NCBI GenBank assembly: GCA_964600295.1
Contig: CAZRIY010000001.1
Span: 24,810 to 88,809, forward strand
Direction of reading: 5' to 3'
Origin: an uncultured Candidatus Saccharibacteria bacterium
GTDB lineage: Bacteria; Patescibacteriota; Saccharimonadia; CAZHVB01
DNA: 64,000 bases
The first letter of the stretch is position 1. Every line of letters begins with the position of its first letter. The translations under genes and the position numbers were made by a program. The notes under the pieces are model-generated. The model saw only the letters and a list, made by a program, of their open reading frames with translations. It was not told where the DNA came from and ran no database searches. Positions 28,343 to 37,764 of this stretch are shown one piece after another.

Positions 28343-28483
28343 ATGGCTAATAGTCCACAACTGGAAACCTATAAGCTCTTTTATGAGCAGCTTCCAGTCA
28401 TCAAGCCGGCAATAAAAAAGTCGGTTCGCAAGAGCCGATTCCCGCAAGCCGGCCGCAGTCTGCTGGAAACTCCAGCTAAATAG
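28343..28483 (+). CDS. Hypothetical 46-aa protein (below the ORF-track size cutoff)
   Basis: AAAGGAGG RBS 9 nt upstream of the ATG (MANSPQLETYKLFYEQLPVIKPAIKKSVRKSRFPQAGRSLLETPAK). A strong terminator follows. Confidence 0.35.
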   Translation: MANSPQLETYKLFYEQLPVIKPAIKKSVRKSRFPQAGRSLLETPAK

Positions 28484-28494
28484 GCAGACAACAA

Positions 28495-28530
28495 ACCAGA
28501 GGAGCCCCGACATAGTTTCGGGGCTCTTTT
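28495..28530 (+). terminator. Intrinsic terminator
   Basis: GAGCCCCGA-catagtt-TCGGGGCTC followed by TTTTAT. Confidence 0.5.
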
Positions 28531-28623
28531 ATATACCGCTAGCAGTATGGAAGACTGCTAGGCGTTTAACACTGGCAGACGAAGTATGTACGGCCCAAAA
28601 AGGCGTAGCCTATATTTGGGAGC

Positions 28624-29391
28624 TTACTTATCTTCTGCCGGCTGCTTGGCTTCTTTAGCTGATTCTGCGGGCGGTTTGCCGTCTTTGGCCGGTTCGCCAG
28701 TCTGTTTGTCGCCCTTACTATCGTCCGTCTTATCATCGTCTGTAGCGTCATCAGCCGCACCACCTTTTTCGGCTTCTACTTGGGCTACCAATTCTTCCTC
28801 AGACACCTCAATCTCGGGTTCTTCTTCCTCTTCGCGCTCCGCCTCGGTTTTGGCTACTAGCTGGTCTGGGTCGTTAAGGACTGTCACGCCGGATGGGATA
28901 TTAAGATCACCGACCGTAATCTCTTGACCAACTTCTTCGAGGCCGTTCAAATCAACCGTAATGTTCTCTGGCAAATCCTTGGGCAAGGCCTCTATCTCGA
29001 CTGATTCTAGGGGCTGCAGCAGCATGGCATTGAGGTTATAAACCGCCGGTGCTTCACCCTCAAAGTGGAGCGGCACCTCGGTTTTGATTTTTTCATCCAT
29101 GCGTACGGTGTAAAAATCAAAATGGAGAATTTTATCGGTTATCGGATCTAGTTGAACATCGTGAAATAGTACGTTCTTGGGCTTGTCTTCGCCTTCGATA
29201 TTGAGTTCAACTAGTTTAGAGGTACCGGCTTGATGATAGGCCTTGTCCAACGCTCGCTCGTCCGCCTGAATAGAAGTAGCATCTTTACCCTGGCCATATA
29301 CCACGCCAGGCACTAGCCCCTGGCTGCGCACCGCCTTAAGCGCTTTGCCGTAGAGTTGGCGCTTGCTAGTTTTTAGTACAACCTCTTGCAT
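28624..29391 (-). CDS. rplY: Ribosomal protein L25 / general stress protein Ctc, with an acidic C-terminal tail
   Basis: L25/Ctc beta-barrel domains plus an E/D/K-rich extension. Confidence 0.85.
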   Translation of the reverse strand: MQEVVLKTSKRQLYGKALKAVRSQGLVPGVVYGQGKDATSIQADERALDKAYHQAGTSKLVELNIEGEDKPKNVLFHDVQLDPITDKILHFDFYTVRMDEKIKTEVPLHFEGEAPAVYNLNAMLLQPLESVEIEALPKDLPENITVDLNGLEEVGQEITVGDLNIPSGVTVLNDPDQLVAKTEAEREEEEEPEIEVSEEELVAQVEAEKGGAADDATDDDKTDDSKGDKQTGEPAKDGKPPAESAKEAKQPAEDK

Positions 29392-29412
29392 CGGGGCTGA
29401 TTATACCAAATT

Positions 29413-30465
29413 TTAGAGTCGGCGGCTGCCGGTTGGAGCCAAAATGCGGATGACCGATGATATAGCAACCAGCAGCAATATCAACAATACAAAGGCCGCA
29501 GTACCACCGATCACAAAGATAGTTACAGCTACCAGAATAGTTATTAAATAGATAATTAGCACAGCCCGGCGATGGCTGACCAAACCGGAGTCTAAAATTC
29601 GATGGTGGAGGTGCCCGCGATCCGACTTAAAGGGTGATTGTCCTTTTGATATCCTGCGCGCGAAGACCCAAACCATATCGACTACGGCCAGACCCAAAAC
29701 TAGGGCGCCAACGGTGATTTTGGAGCCTGAGTAGATCGATAATACTGCCAGAATTAGCCCAATAACGTAAGCCCCGCTATCGCCCATGAAAATGCGGCTA
29801 GGGTAAAAATTATAGGGTAGGAAGCCCATTAGTGAGCCCAGCAATCCGATGGCTAGGATAGCTACAGTGGCATGGGCCATCCCCGGCGTGATGGCCATGA
29901 TAAATAGCACCAGCGCCGCGATAGCCGACACGCCGCCGGCCAATCCATCCAAACCATCCAACAAATTGACGGCGTTGATCATACCGACAATCCACAACAG
30001 GCTGACGAAATTGGCTAGCGGTATCAAGTTGAAGTTAAAGCCGAATAACTCTAGTGGAATGCGCCAACCATCCAGAGCAATGGCGCCGCCTAAAGGATTG
30101 CTAATATAGATAATGCCCAAACCCCCCGCTAACACCACGCCAGCAGCCATAAACTGCCAAATTAACTTGGTGGGAGCACTCAAGCCGCGAATATCATCAA
30201 TTATGCCAACAGCTAACAAAATCAATAAACCGCCGAGCAGACCTAGCAAAGGTCGGTCGAGTTTGACAAAAAATAGCAGCGGCAGCAGCCAACCGGCGAT
30301 GATGGCTATTCCACCTAGTCGTGGTGTGGGTTTGTTGTGCAATTTACGCCGCTTATCCGGCTTATCAACCGCTCCCCAGCGGAATGCCAAACGCTTAGCC
30401 AGTGGTGTCACCAGCAAGCTAGCAACAAAGGCCCAACCAAAAGCCATAATATATGTAGAATTCAC
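29413..30465 (-). CDS. Polyprenyl-phosphate HexNAc-1-phosphate transferase (WecA/TagO/MraY superfamily, WecA-like)
   Basis: IIDDIRGL, NAVNLLDGLDGLAGG, FMGDSGAY, DRGHLHHRIL. Ten or more TM segments. Confidence 0.75.
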   Translation of the reverse strand: MNSTYIMAFGWAFVASLLVTPLAKRLAFRWGAVDKPDKRRKLHNKPTPRLGGIAIIAGWLLPLLFFVKLDRPLLGLLGGLLILLAVGIIDDIRGLSAPTKLIWQFMAAGVVLAGGLGIIYISNPLGGAIALDGWRIPLELFGFNFNLIPLANFVSLLWIVGMINAVNLLDGLDGLAGGVSAIAALVLFIMAITPGMAHATVAILAIGLLGSLMGFLPYNFYPSRIFMGDSGAYVIGLILAVLSIYSGSKITVGALVLGLAVVDMVWVFARRISKGQSPFKSDRGHLHHRILDSGLVSHRRAVLIIYLITILVAVTIFVIGGTAAFVLLILLLVAISSVIRILAPTGSRRL

Positions 30466-32108
30466 TTCTTGACCGCCTTCTCGGTAACATCAAATTCCAG
30501 GTACTTGCCTAGCATTAATCGAGTCATGGCGTTTAGCGCCGCCACGGAATGCATACCGATGGCTACAAATGGCAGCAGCCCCCATTGAAAGATCATTGCC
30601 AGATGGCGGTGGCGACGATAACGAGCCGGACGTGGGGGCAAGGTAGCTAGGCTAACCAGAAGTGTAGCAATGGCACCAACCATGGCCACAGTTTGGATGT
30701 AACTGGCTAGTACTGGCAGCTGGTGAGCAATTACCTGATTACTGAAATCGGAATTCAATAACAGAGGTATCCAAGCCCCAAAAGCCAAGATTAACGGAGC
30801 CGTTGCCCAGGTGAAGAAGCCCTCGAAAAGGCGCAGGAAGTACCACCATTTGGTCGCCCAATTAATTTTTTTGTGGCGTAAATTGCTAACAAAAACATAG
30901 GAGATATCACTGCTCCCCCAGGCCCAGCGGCGTAGCTGCTTAAACTGGGCACGGAAGGTTCTGAAATAGCTATTGGCCAGTACAGCATCCTGATAAACCG
31001 GTATATATATCGGAATGGCTTGGTGGTCGCCCTCATACCGATAATAGGTGCGCCAAAACTGGTGACCATCCTCCACGATCGAACGCACGTTCCAATAATC
31101 GGTGTCGATAAGAGTTTGCAGGCTTTGGGCGTGTGAAGAAAAATTGCGCAGTCGATGCGGTCGGGTGGCTTCAGATAAAATCCAAAATGAGTTCCACGAA
31201 GCCACCACTCGCATGGCCGCCGGCACATCCCAAATATTATTCAAGAACATGGGTAGTGGTTGGTAGGATTTGCGAACCCGGTTTGGCGTTGAAGCATAGA
31301 TAAAAGTTAAGTGAGAAAAATATTGGGGGTGTGGTCGGTTATCCGCATCGAGCGTGGTCACCAAGATATGGTCTGGCTTTATTCCTCGACTGGCCGCATA
31401 TTCGGTTAACTTCCGAGCCGCATAAGTAATGTTTCCCGCCTTGGCTTTAACTTCACCGGGAATGTTTTGGGGGTGCTTGATCGCCCGAGCGTAACCAAAC
31501 TGGGAGCCATATTTCTTGATTAGATATTCGGCGTTGCGCTGACTTTCGGGCCCACCACGCTCTTCATAAGCAATAACTAGCCAAACCCGATCAAGACGGT
31601 GGGTAGTTTTGAGAATGTAAAGAATAGTACCTTCAAGGATCTCTAGAGGTTCATTGAGGGTGGCCACTATGGCGGCGTGGTAGATGCTGTCGGGCTTAAG
31701 TATCTGGATATCTGACCCCATTAACTGCTTCAAGTACCGCAGGTATTCGCGTAGTTCCTGACGGCTTAAGGCATTCAGTCGGCCATTTTTGAGTTGCTGT
31801 CCAACGCGAACCATAGCGGCAGCAGGATCTTCTAGATCGGCTAGACGGTCTTGCCAGAGAGCACGGCTAATTCGCCGCATGCGCGCGTAACCTCTTAGCA
31901 AACGTGTGGCATTACCAAAGTTCTTGGACAGCCACAACAAATCGTAAGCAATGATCAGATATACCACCAGGATTGGCTCAATAAAGCTGAGGATAATCGG
32001 TGACAGTAAGAATAGCCACGCCAAAGCTCCGGGCAGAATTTCCCACAGCCTAGCCAGCCATCGGCCGCCGTGCGCCAGGTCTTCGGCAGATAGAGTTTGG
32101 GTGCTCAT
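30462..32108 (-). CDS. Processive family-2 glycosyltransferase (cellulose/hyaluronan-synthase-like), membrane-embedded
   Basis: TTLDADNRP (D,D,D) and QLRRWAWG (QxxRW) motifs, flanked by TM segments. Confidence 0.75.
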   Translation of the reverse strand: MSTQTLSAEDLAHGGRWLARLWEILPGALAWLFLLSPIILSFIEPILVVYLIIAYDLLWLSKNFGNATRLLRGYARMRRISRALWQDRLADLEDPAAAMVRVGQQLKNGRLNALSRQELREYLRYLKQLMGSDIQILKPDSIYHAAIVATLNEPLEILEGTILYILKTTHRLDRVWLVIAYEERGGPESQRNAEYLIKKYGSQFGYARAIKHPQNIPGEVKAKAGNITYAARKLTEYAASRGIKPDHILVTTLDADNRPHPQYFSHLTFIYASTPNRVRKSYQPLPMFLNNIWDVPAAMRVVASWNSFWILSEATRPHRLRNFSSHAQSLQTLIDTDYWNVRSIVEDGHQFWRTYYRYEGDHQAIPIYIPVYQDAVLANSYFRTFRAQFKQLRRWAWGSSDISYVFVSNLRHKKINWATKWWYFLRLFEGFFTWATAPLILAFGAWIPLLLNSDFSNQVIAHQLPVLASYIQTVAMVGAIATLLVSLATLPPRPARYRRHRHLAMIFQWGLLPFVAIGMHSVAALNAMTRLMLGKYLEFDVTEKAVKK

Positions 32109-32509
32109 ATTTCTAGGTGGCTAGTTAGGGTAAAGACAATTATGAGAGCAAAGAGATTAAAAATGACCGCACCCATAACTAGGAAAAAACTGGCAATGCG
32201 GCTTTTATCATACCCTAGCGCCGCCAGAGCTAGATTGCCGGCCGTTATCATTACCATAAATGCGCCATAGATAACCACCTGATACCAGGCACCCAACGCG
32301 TCGAAGCCCTGAAGACTGGAATATTGGTAAGGTACGGCGAAATCACGCGGCCGCAGCCTCCAAATGAGCAGCAATACCCCGCTTGTTGCTAATACGATAG
32401 CTGTCACCAAAAAACCGATAAACAAGCGATCGTTGAACAACCGCTTTAGGCTGCGCCCAAAGCTCGGCTTATCTGAACTTGGAATCTGGGGGGTTGAATT
32501 ATCTGCCAT
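32105..32509 (-). CDS. Hypothetical membrane protein
   Basis: 134 aa with 3-4 TM segments. Overlaps the GT2 start. Confidence 0.4.
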   Translation of the reverse strand: MADNSTPQIPSSDKPSFGRSLKRLFNDRLFIGFLVTAIVLATSGVLLLIWRLRPRDFAVPYQYSSLQGFDALGAWYQVVIYGAFMVMITAGNLALAALGYDKSRIASFFLVMGAVIFNLFALIIVFTLTSHLEI

Positions 32510-32518
32510 TTTTTAAAA

Positions 32519-32596
32519 CTGGCGGGCCCGACCGGATTTGAACCGGCGATCTCCTCCGTGACAGGGAGGCGTGTTAACCAAGCTACACCACGAGCC
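32519..32596 (-). tRNA. tRNA-Asp (anticodon GTC)
   Basis: Acceptor GGGCTCG/CGGGCCC; anticodon loop CTGTCAC; discriminator G; CCA. Confidence 0.85.
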
Positions 32597-32641
32597 CACT
32601 TCGTTACTCAGTATAAGTTATCATATAAACTGGGCAAAGTT

Positions 32642-32717
32642 GCCGCCTTAGCTCAGTTGGTAGAGCGGCGCTTTCGTAAAGCGCAGGTCTCCGGTTCGAT
32701 CCCGGAAGGCGGCTCCA
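32642..32717 (+). tRNA. tRNA-Thr (anticodon CGT)
   Basis: Acceptor GCCGCCT/AGGCGGC; anticodon loop TTCGTAA; CCA. Confidence 0.85.
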
Positions 32718-32791
32718 GCGGGATTAGTACAGTGGTAGTATACCTGCTTCCCAAGCAAGAGACGCGGGTTCGATTCCCGCATCCCGCACCA
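32718..32791 (+). tRNA. tRNA-Gly (anticodon CCC)
   Basis: Starts directly after the CCA of tRNA-Thr. Acceptor GCGGGAT/ATCCCGC; loop TTCCCAA; one C-A mismatch in the anticodon stem. Confidence 0.8.
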
Positions 32792-32798
32792 GCTGCAG

Positions 32799-34271
32799 CT
32801 AGTCTAAGCCCTGGCGAATGGTAGCACGTCGATTTGCGCCGGCGGCAGCCTGGCTTTCGTTATATCCGGCCGCAATATCATAGAAACCGCTCCACCATTG
32901 TTCTAGAAACATCGTCTCGCTGACCAGAGCTGCAGAACCGCTAAACATCCTCTGATGTGGTCCGCCCCCCGACATGGGAACGGTTAATATTTCCGATTTG
33001 GCCGAACTAGTACGAACGTTATCAGCGCTTACCCTGACACCACCAGTAAATGAAGGAGCGTAGGCGTAAAAACTTCTAAGCTCAGTTCCATTGGACTCCA
33101 ACACTCGTACATGCGGACCGCCGCCCGGGCCAGCCGCTACAATTACCTCAGCCGATAAAGAGCCCGTGACGTCGGCCGAAGCCACATCAACCCCACCGGT
33201 AAAATCGGGTGCGTAGGCATAGAAACCGCCAACTTCGGTACCGTTGACCCGTAGTACCCGCACATGCGGCGCACCATGGATGGTGCCAGTAATAATTTCA
33301 TCTATCCCATCTCCATCAACATCTCCGGCAGCTACTCTTACACCGCCCGTGAAGGAAGGATCATAAGCATAGAAGCCGCCAACTTCGGTACCGTTGGTCT
33401 TTAAAATACGAACGTGGGGGCCACCACCCGGGCCGGCAGCAGTAATAATTTCATCTATTCCATCACCATCAACATCTCCGGCCGCCACATCAACTCCGCC
33501 GTAAAACTGGGGGTGATAGGCATAAAAGCCCCCACCATCGATTGGAACATTGTTGCTATCGAATATTCGCACATGCGGACCGCCACCGCGCCCAGCTCCA
33601 ACCACCGTCTCTGACTCCTGGTTGCCACCGAACTCACCCCTAGATATATTAATTCCACCACCATAGACGGGCCCATAAGGCAAAAGCTCATTGGGTAATT
33701 GCGGATAATAGGCAATTGGGGCAGATCGATGCTCGGCATGTATTAGCGAGTCGTAAGGATTATCACGACCACCATCAGGGTTTATGATTTCAAAATGCAG
33801 GTGGGAAGAGGTATCCTCGGCATTACCGGAATCCCCCACCCAACCAATCAACTGCCCTTTAAAAACCTGGTTTCCCACTTTCATATCGGCCGCATAGGCA
33901 TTCATCGGGTTACCGCTACCATCGTCTGTCCCGAGCGTATCGTTGTTGATATGAAGATAATTATAGGTGTAACCCTCATTATCCCGGAGTCCGATCATAT
34001 ACCCCCATGACGGCTGGGGGTAGGCAACATAGCTCACCACCCCATCAATTGCCGACAACAACGGACGCATTTTTGGAGCAAAAATATCCGTAGCAGCGTG
34101 TATGCCGCCAGAACGAGGCGAGTTGTAATCATTACTAAAGCTAGCAGGGCCGGCCACTGGAAAGACTATTGATCGAGCAGCTAGCACAGTCGCCGGACTA
34201 AATAGCCAAACAAAATCAAGAAGAATAATGCAAGCAGTTGTAAGAATGGAAAGAATCTTTTGTTTTTTCAT
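32799..34271 (-). CDS. Secreted M23 family metallopeptidase fused to FG-GAP/VCBS-like repeats
   Basis: Signal peptide. M23 motifs (HxxxD, HLHFE). Then 4-5 repeats of FYAY.P.FTGGV.VA.GDVDGDGIDEII.A.GPGGGPHVRV. Confidence 0.75.
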   Translation of the reverse strand: MKKQKILSILTTACIILLDFVWLFSPATVLAARSIVFPVAGPASFSNDYNSPRSGGIHAATDIFAPKMRPLLSAIDGVVSYVAYPQPSWGYMIGLRDNEGYTYNYLHINNDTLGTDDGSGNPMNAYAADMKVGNQVFKGQLIGWVGDSGNAEDTSSHLHFEIINPDGGRDNPYDSLIHAEHRSAPIAYYPQLPNELLPYGPVYGGGINISRGEFGGNQESETVVGAGRGGGPHVRIFDSNNVPIDGGGFYAYHPQFYGGVDVAAGDVDGDGIDEIITAAGPGGGPHVRILKTNGTEVGGFYAYDPSFTGGVRVAAGDVDGDGIDEIITGTIHGAPHVRVLRVNGTEVGGFYAYAPDFTGGVDVASADVTGSLSAEVIVAAGPGGGPHVRVLESNGTELRSFYAYAPSFTGGVRVSADNVRTSSAKSEILTVPMSGGGPHQRMFSGSAALVSETMFLEQWWSGFYDIAAGYNESQAAAGANRRATIRQGLD

Positions 34272-34423
34272 TTATGTTTGTAGAATTAGTTTACCGCGTA
34301 GTGTAATTTCTTGCTATGTAATTTCATAATACTAAGAGGTCAATTGGGACCAATTCCCCTTGTTTAGTTCTGACTGACCGAATTAGTGAAGCGGAGTATA
34401 ATTTACCGCGCCGAGGTCGCCTA

Positions 34424-34801
34424 GTGAAAAATAATCAAGTCTTCAAAATTTTCTTGAATAGCAAAAATATCGCCGAGGTGCGTTTTATCGGCGATCAAAC
34501 CGAAGCCACGGTGGATCAAGCCATCAAATCTATTGTCGCCTTCGCCAACAGACTGGTTACCCCGCATCGGAAACCGGTTTTCTTAATTGATTACGCAGAG
34601 ATGGGAAAGTCCACCATGGCCTCTAGACAGCGCGCCATCAGGGGCATGAAAGAGATCCCATTTCAGAAAATGGCCGGAATTAATGCTGGCGCGGTTATAA
34701 AATTCTTCACCAATGCTATTGCTGGTATTACCGGTAATTCAGATCGTGCTAGGCACTTTTCCACCAGAGCTGAGGCGGAGCGCTGGTTGCTCGAAACTTA
34801 A
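34424..34801 (+). CDS. Hypothetical protein (possibly STAS/SpoIIAA-like)
   Basis: 125-aa ORF. Weak resemblance only. Confidence 0.35.
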   Translation: MKNNQVFKIFLNSKNIAEVRFIGDQTEATVDQAIKSIVAFANRLVTPHRKPVFLIDYAEMGKSTMASRQRAIRGMKEIPFQKMAGINAGAVIKFFTNAIAGITGNSDRARHFSTRAEAERWLLET

Positions 34802-35310
34802 GCCGGCTGAATAATCCCGCAGGCCAGGCGGGGGCCGCCAGAAACACCGGAACCGGATTCGCCGCCGTGGTAGGGATCTTCATTGGCGTGAATCATCAGT
34901 GAAGTCCCTTCTTCGGGATCAAGAATCGACAGTGGGCCGGATGATAAGGTGATTCGAGTAGTAATTGCAGAGAGTGTGCCTTGGCCTTTGGAGTTGATCA
35001 CAATATTCGGCAGATCGCCGGCGTGGAAAGGATGGTTAACGTCGGGATCAGAATTGCCTGCCGGCCCGGGATCAAAATGACCGCCGGCGCATTTAAAACC
35101 GCCCGAACAATCGGCTTTTTCGTGGATATGGACCCCATGTTTACCTGGCACTAGCTTAGCCGGATCACCATTGAGCTTAAGGGTGACCTCAACGATAGTT
35201 TGGGTACCAATTAGGTACTCCCTAAATTCGGCGTTACCAGCAATACCGTCGCCCTCGATTTTAGCATTGGCTTTAGCTGTTTGGCGCTTATCGCCAGCTA
35301 CGATTTCCAT
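34798..35310 (-). CDS. sodC: Cu/Zn superoxide dismutase
   Basis: GVHIHE, GGHFDP, HAGDLPN, HANEDP, GGPRLACGII (metal-binding His residues and the disulfide Cys). Confidence 0.85.
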   Translation of the reverse strand: MEIVAGDKRQTAKANAKIEGDGIAGNAEFREYLIGTQTIVEVTLKLNGDPAKLVPGKHGVHIHEKADCSGGFKCAGGHFDPGPAGNSDPDVNHPFHAGDLPNIVINSKGQGTLSAITTRITLSSGPLSILDPEEGTSLMIHANEDPYHGGESGSGVSGGPRLACGIIQPA

Positions 35311-35313
35311 TGG

Positions 35314-36405
35314 TTAACTCTCTTGAGGTGGGGTTTCTTCTTGGTTTTCGGGTTGTGGCAGTTTGATGTAGTCGCTGCTTTTTGACTGATCGAGTTGCTC
35401 TTCGAGGAAACTATTCATATCCTTGGCGTATTTAATCAAAATGTGAGAAACCTTGATCTCATTGTCCTTTTTTTCGGTAGCCTTGATAATGTGATAGCCG
35501 AAGCTGGTAGTCACAATCTCGGAAACCTGACCCAGTTCTAGCTTCAGGGCCGCGTCCTTGAACTCCTGCACAAATTGAGTTTCGGCCGATACAAACCCCA
35601 AATCACCGCCGTTGTCCTTACTGCCAGTATCTTGAGATGTCTCTTTGGCCAGCGAAGCGAAGTCTTCTCCAGCGCGAGCTCGGGACAACAGGCTTTCTGT
35701 TAGCTGTTTTTGCTCGCTACTGATATCTGGCAGTAATTTTTGCTCCAGCTTTTGAGTCAGCAACTGGAGACGATATTCGCGGCGGAAATCTTCCATATCC
35801 CACCCATAAAATTGCTCGATGGCGGTCATGAATTTATCCTCTCCACCTTGTTTCTTGATAATCTCGTCCATGGCTTGGTCCAGGTCGTTTCGGCTAACTG
35901 CAATATCGTATTTATCGGCTAGTTGTCGCATTAGCACTTTCATCTTGGCACGTCGCAGAGAGGATTGTTGTATTTCTAACAATAAGTTCCGATTGGCGGG
36001 CGAACTAAAATCAATTGGCTCTTGGCTACTGGCGGCCGGACCGGTGGGATGCTCATAGATATTTTTGCGATAACGGACTTCAAACAGGTAGTCGGAATAT
36101 TGAACGAAGTCGCCATTAACTTTGGCCATGGGATAAGGAATAATCTTTGATACGCCATAGACCAAGCTGTTATCTTCATGCCTGAGGTACACCAGCAGCG
36201 TAATTACGCAGATAAAAATCCCCAGGATCGAGATCAAAATCCCGGCTGTCAACTTTACAACTCGATGACGGGCTAAAGTCTGCGGCTTGACGTGTTTATA
36301 GCCTTGGTCTAGAACCTCTTGCCTTGTTTCATCTAAAGCGGCTTCGCCTTTGGCGGCTAAGCTTTTAGTAGACTTACTGGGGGTTTTGTTAGTCTTCTTG
36401 ACCAT
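35314..36405 (-). CDS. Membrane-anchored parvulin-type peptidyl-prolyl isomerase (PrsA/SurA-like foldase)
   Basis: N-terminal TM. PpiC domain (GGDLGFV...FGYHIIK). Confidence 0.7.
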   Translation of the reverse strand: MVKKTNKTPSKSTKSLAAKGEAALDETRQEVLDQGYKHVKPQTLARHRVVKLTAGILISILGIFICVITLLVYLRHEDNSLVYGVSKIIPYPMAKVNGDFVQYSDYLFEVRYRKNIYEHPTGPAASSQEPIDFSSPANRNLLLEIQQSSLRRAKMKVLMRQLADKYDIAVSRNDLDQAMDEIIKKQGGEDKFMTAIEQFYGWDMEDFRREYRLQLLTQKLEQKLLPDISSEQKQLTESLLSRARAGEDFASLAKETSQDTGSKDNGGDLGFVSAETQFVQEFKDAALKLELGQVSEIVTTSFGYHIIKATEKKDNEIKVSHILIKYAKDMNSFLEEQLDQSKSSDYIKLPQPENQEETPPQES

Positions 36406-36940
36406 GTTCCTCCTGATCCGTGCCAGTCAACTCGGCCGGACTACCTGATTTAACACTTCTCATCTGTTTGACCATTAATTGGTGCACCCGTTCTGGTTTG
36501 TGAATGTAGTTCAGCAGCAGGTCACCAACATACGTCTGAACCGTAATTGTACCATAGCCAAACATAGTCGCTTGCAAGCCCTTAATTTCATAATTTACGC
36601 TCTGGATCTTGTTATGGCTAATGTCCACCACCTTGCGGTTAAAAAAGCCTTTTTGAATGATCTGGATCAGTCGCTCGCTACTGATGATATACAGGCTGAA
36701 GTACCAACCTATCATGCGGTGGCCAAAGACTAGCAATGCCACCATAAAACCAATTAGTAGCCCCCACCAAGGCCAGCCGGACAGGGGCCAGATCGATAAC
36801 GGCACGGCGGATAGCGTCAGGACCACCAGGGAAGCAATTAGGCGGCGGCGCATAACAATCGGATGTTGGCGAAAAACCATTTCCACCGCTTCGCCCTCAT
36901 GCTGACCGGCAAATTCGTAGGTTTTAAGATCTTTGGTCAT
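36389..36940 (-). CDS. Bacterial PH-domain (YdbS/YdbT-like) membrane protein
   Basis: Two TM segments followed by a bPH_2-like domain. Confidence 0.5.
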   Translation of the reverse strand: MTKDLKTYEFAGQHEGEAVEMVFRQHPIVMRRRLIASLVVLTLSAVPLSIWPLSGWPWWGLLIGFMVALLVFGHRMIGWYFSLYIISSERLIQIIQKGFFNRKVVDISHNKIQSVNYEIKGLQATMFGYGTITVQTYVGDLLLNYIHKPERVHQLMVKQMRSVKSGSPAELTGTDQEEHGQED

Positions 36941-37178
36941 AAGTACTCCTTCAAGTATAGAAGTTATGGGTCCTGATTTCTAATTCTAAAGCGGCTATCG
37001 AGTAAACAAATCTCCGTTTCGAGCCGAGGACTGTCTGAGTGTGCTGTAGGCGGACGAGTTCCGCAAGCTAAGAGATTTGTTGAGAGAGCACATAGTGTTT
37101 GTGAGCTCTAGTCGAGAGCTTGGCGCCACCTTATCGGCACAAAGTGGCAAAAATTCTTTTGATAGACTGTAGAGATAC

Positions 37179-37254
37179 GCCCTGGTAGCTCAGCGGATAG
37201 AGCGCCTCCGTCCTAAGGAGGGCGTCGCAGGTTCGAATCCTGCCCAGGGCGCCA
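37179..37254 (+). tRNA. tRNA-Arg (anticodon CCT)
   Basis: Acceptor GCCCTGG/CCAGGGC; anticodon loop GTCCTAA; T-loop GGTTCGAATCC; CCA. Confidence 0.85.
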
Positions 37255-37397
37255 TGGTTCGACACGCTCACCATCGGTGAGGTTGGTGAACCATAATGAT
37301 TTGGATAGAACCGTCGAGCGAAGCGGAGGTTCGGTGTAGCGAACAGGCGCGCAGATTTTTATATCGAGCACCTGTAAGTGGAGAAGGCAAAGCCGCT

Positions 37398-37415
37398 ATC
37401 CTGCCCGGGGCGCCA
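37398..37415 (+). repeat. 18-nt direct repeat of the tRNA-Arg 3' end (att-like scar)
   Basis: ATCCTGCCCGGGGCGCCA matches ATCCTGCCCAGGGCGCCA (37237-37254) at 17 of 18 positions. A third GGCGCCACCTT copy is at 37122-37132. Confidence 0.45.
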
Positions 37416-37506
37416 CCTTGAATTTGAGACCTTTGTGCAGACTTCCTTATATATTTTCTAGTGTAGACAAGTTGATACTTAATATATCTATTTCTGATAA
37501 AGCGAC

Positions 37507-37764
37507 TTAATCATATAGCTGAGGGTGGGTACCAATGATATCAAATATGGCTTCATCGTTTCGCAGTAGATACAAAGCCCTATAATCGCCAGTGATGTCT
37601 ATGCTGCGATACTGTTTGTACTTGCCTTTGAGCTGGTGGTTTCTTAATTGGGAATCAAGTGGGTTGATGCTGAATAACCTGATCCTTTGAACGAGGCGGT
37701 TTCGCAGGGTTGGATCTAGTTTCTTTGATTGTTTGATGAAATGTTTGGAATAAGCAACCTTCAT
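37507..37764 (-). CDS. YafQ/RelE-family type II toxin
   Basis: ..GDYRALY..IIGTH, RelE/YafQ fold. Overlaps the antitoxin gene by 4 nt. Confidence 0.7.
   Translation of the reverse strand: MKVAYSKHFIKQSKKLDPTLRNRLVQRIRLFSINPLDSQLRNHQLKGKYKQYRSIDITGDYRALYLLRNDEAIFDIIGTHPQLYD

Noticed and set aside
32558-32824. 88-aa plus-strand ORF
   Set aside because: It lies entirely over the tRNA-Thr and tRNA-Gly genes, so it is a translation artefact of tRNA sequence.
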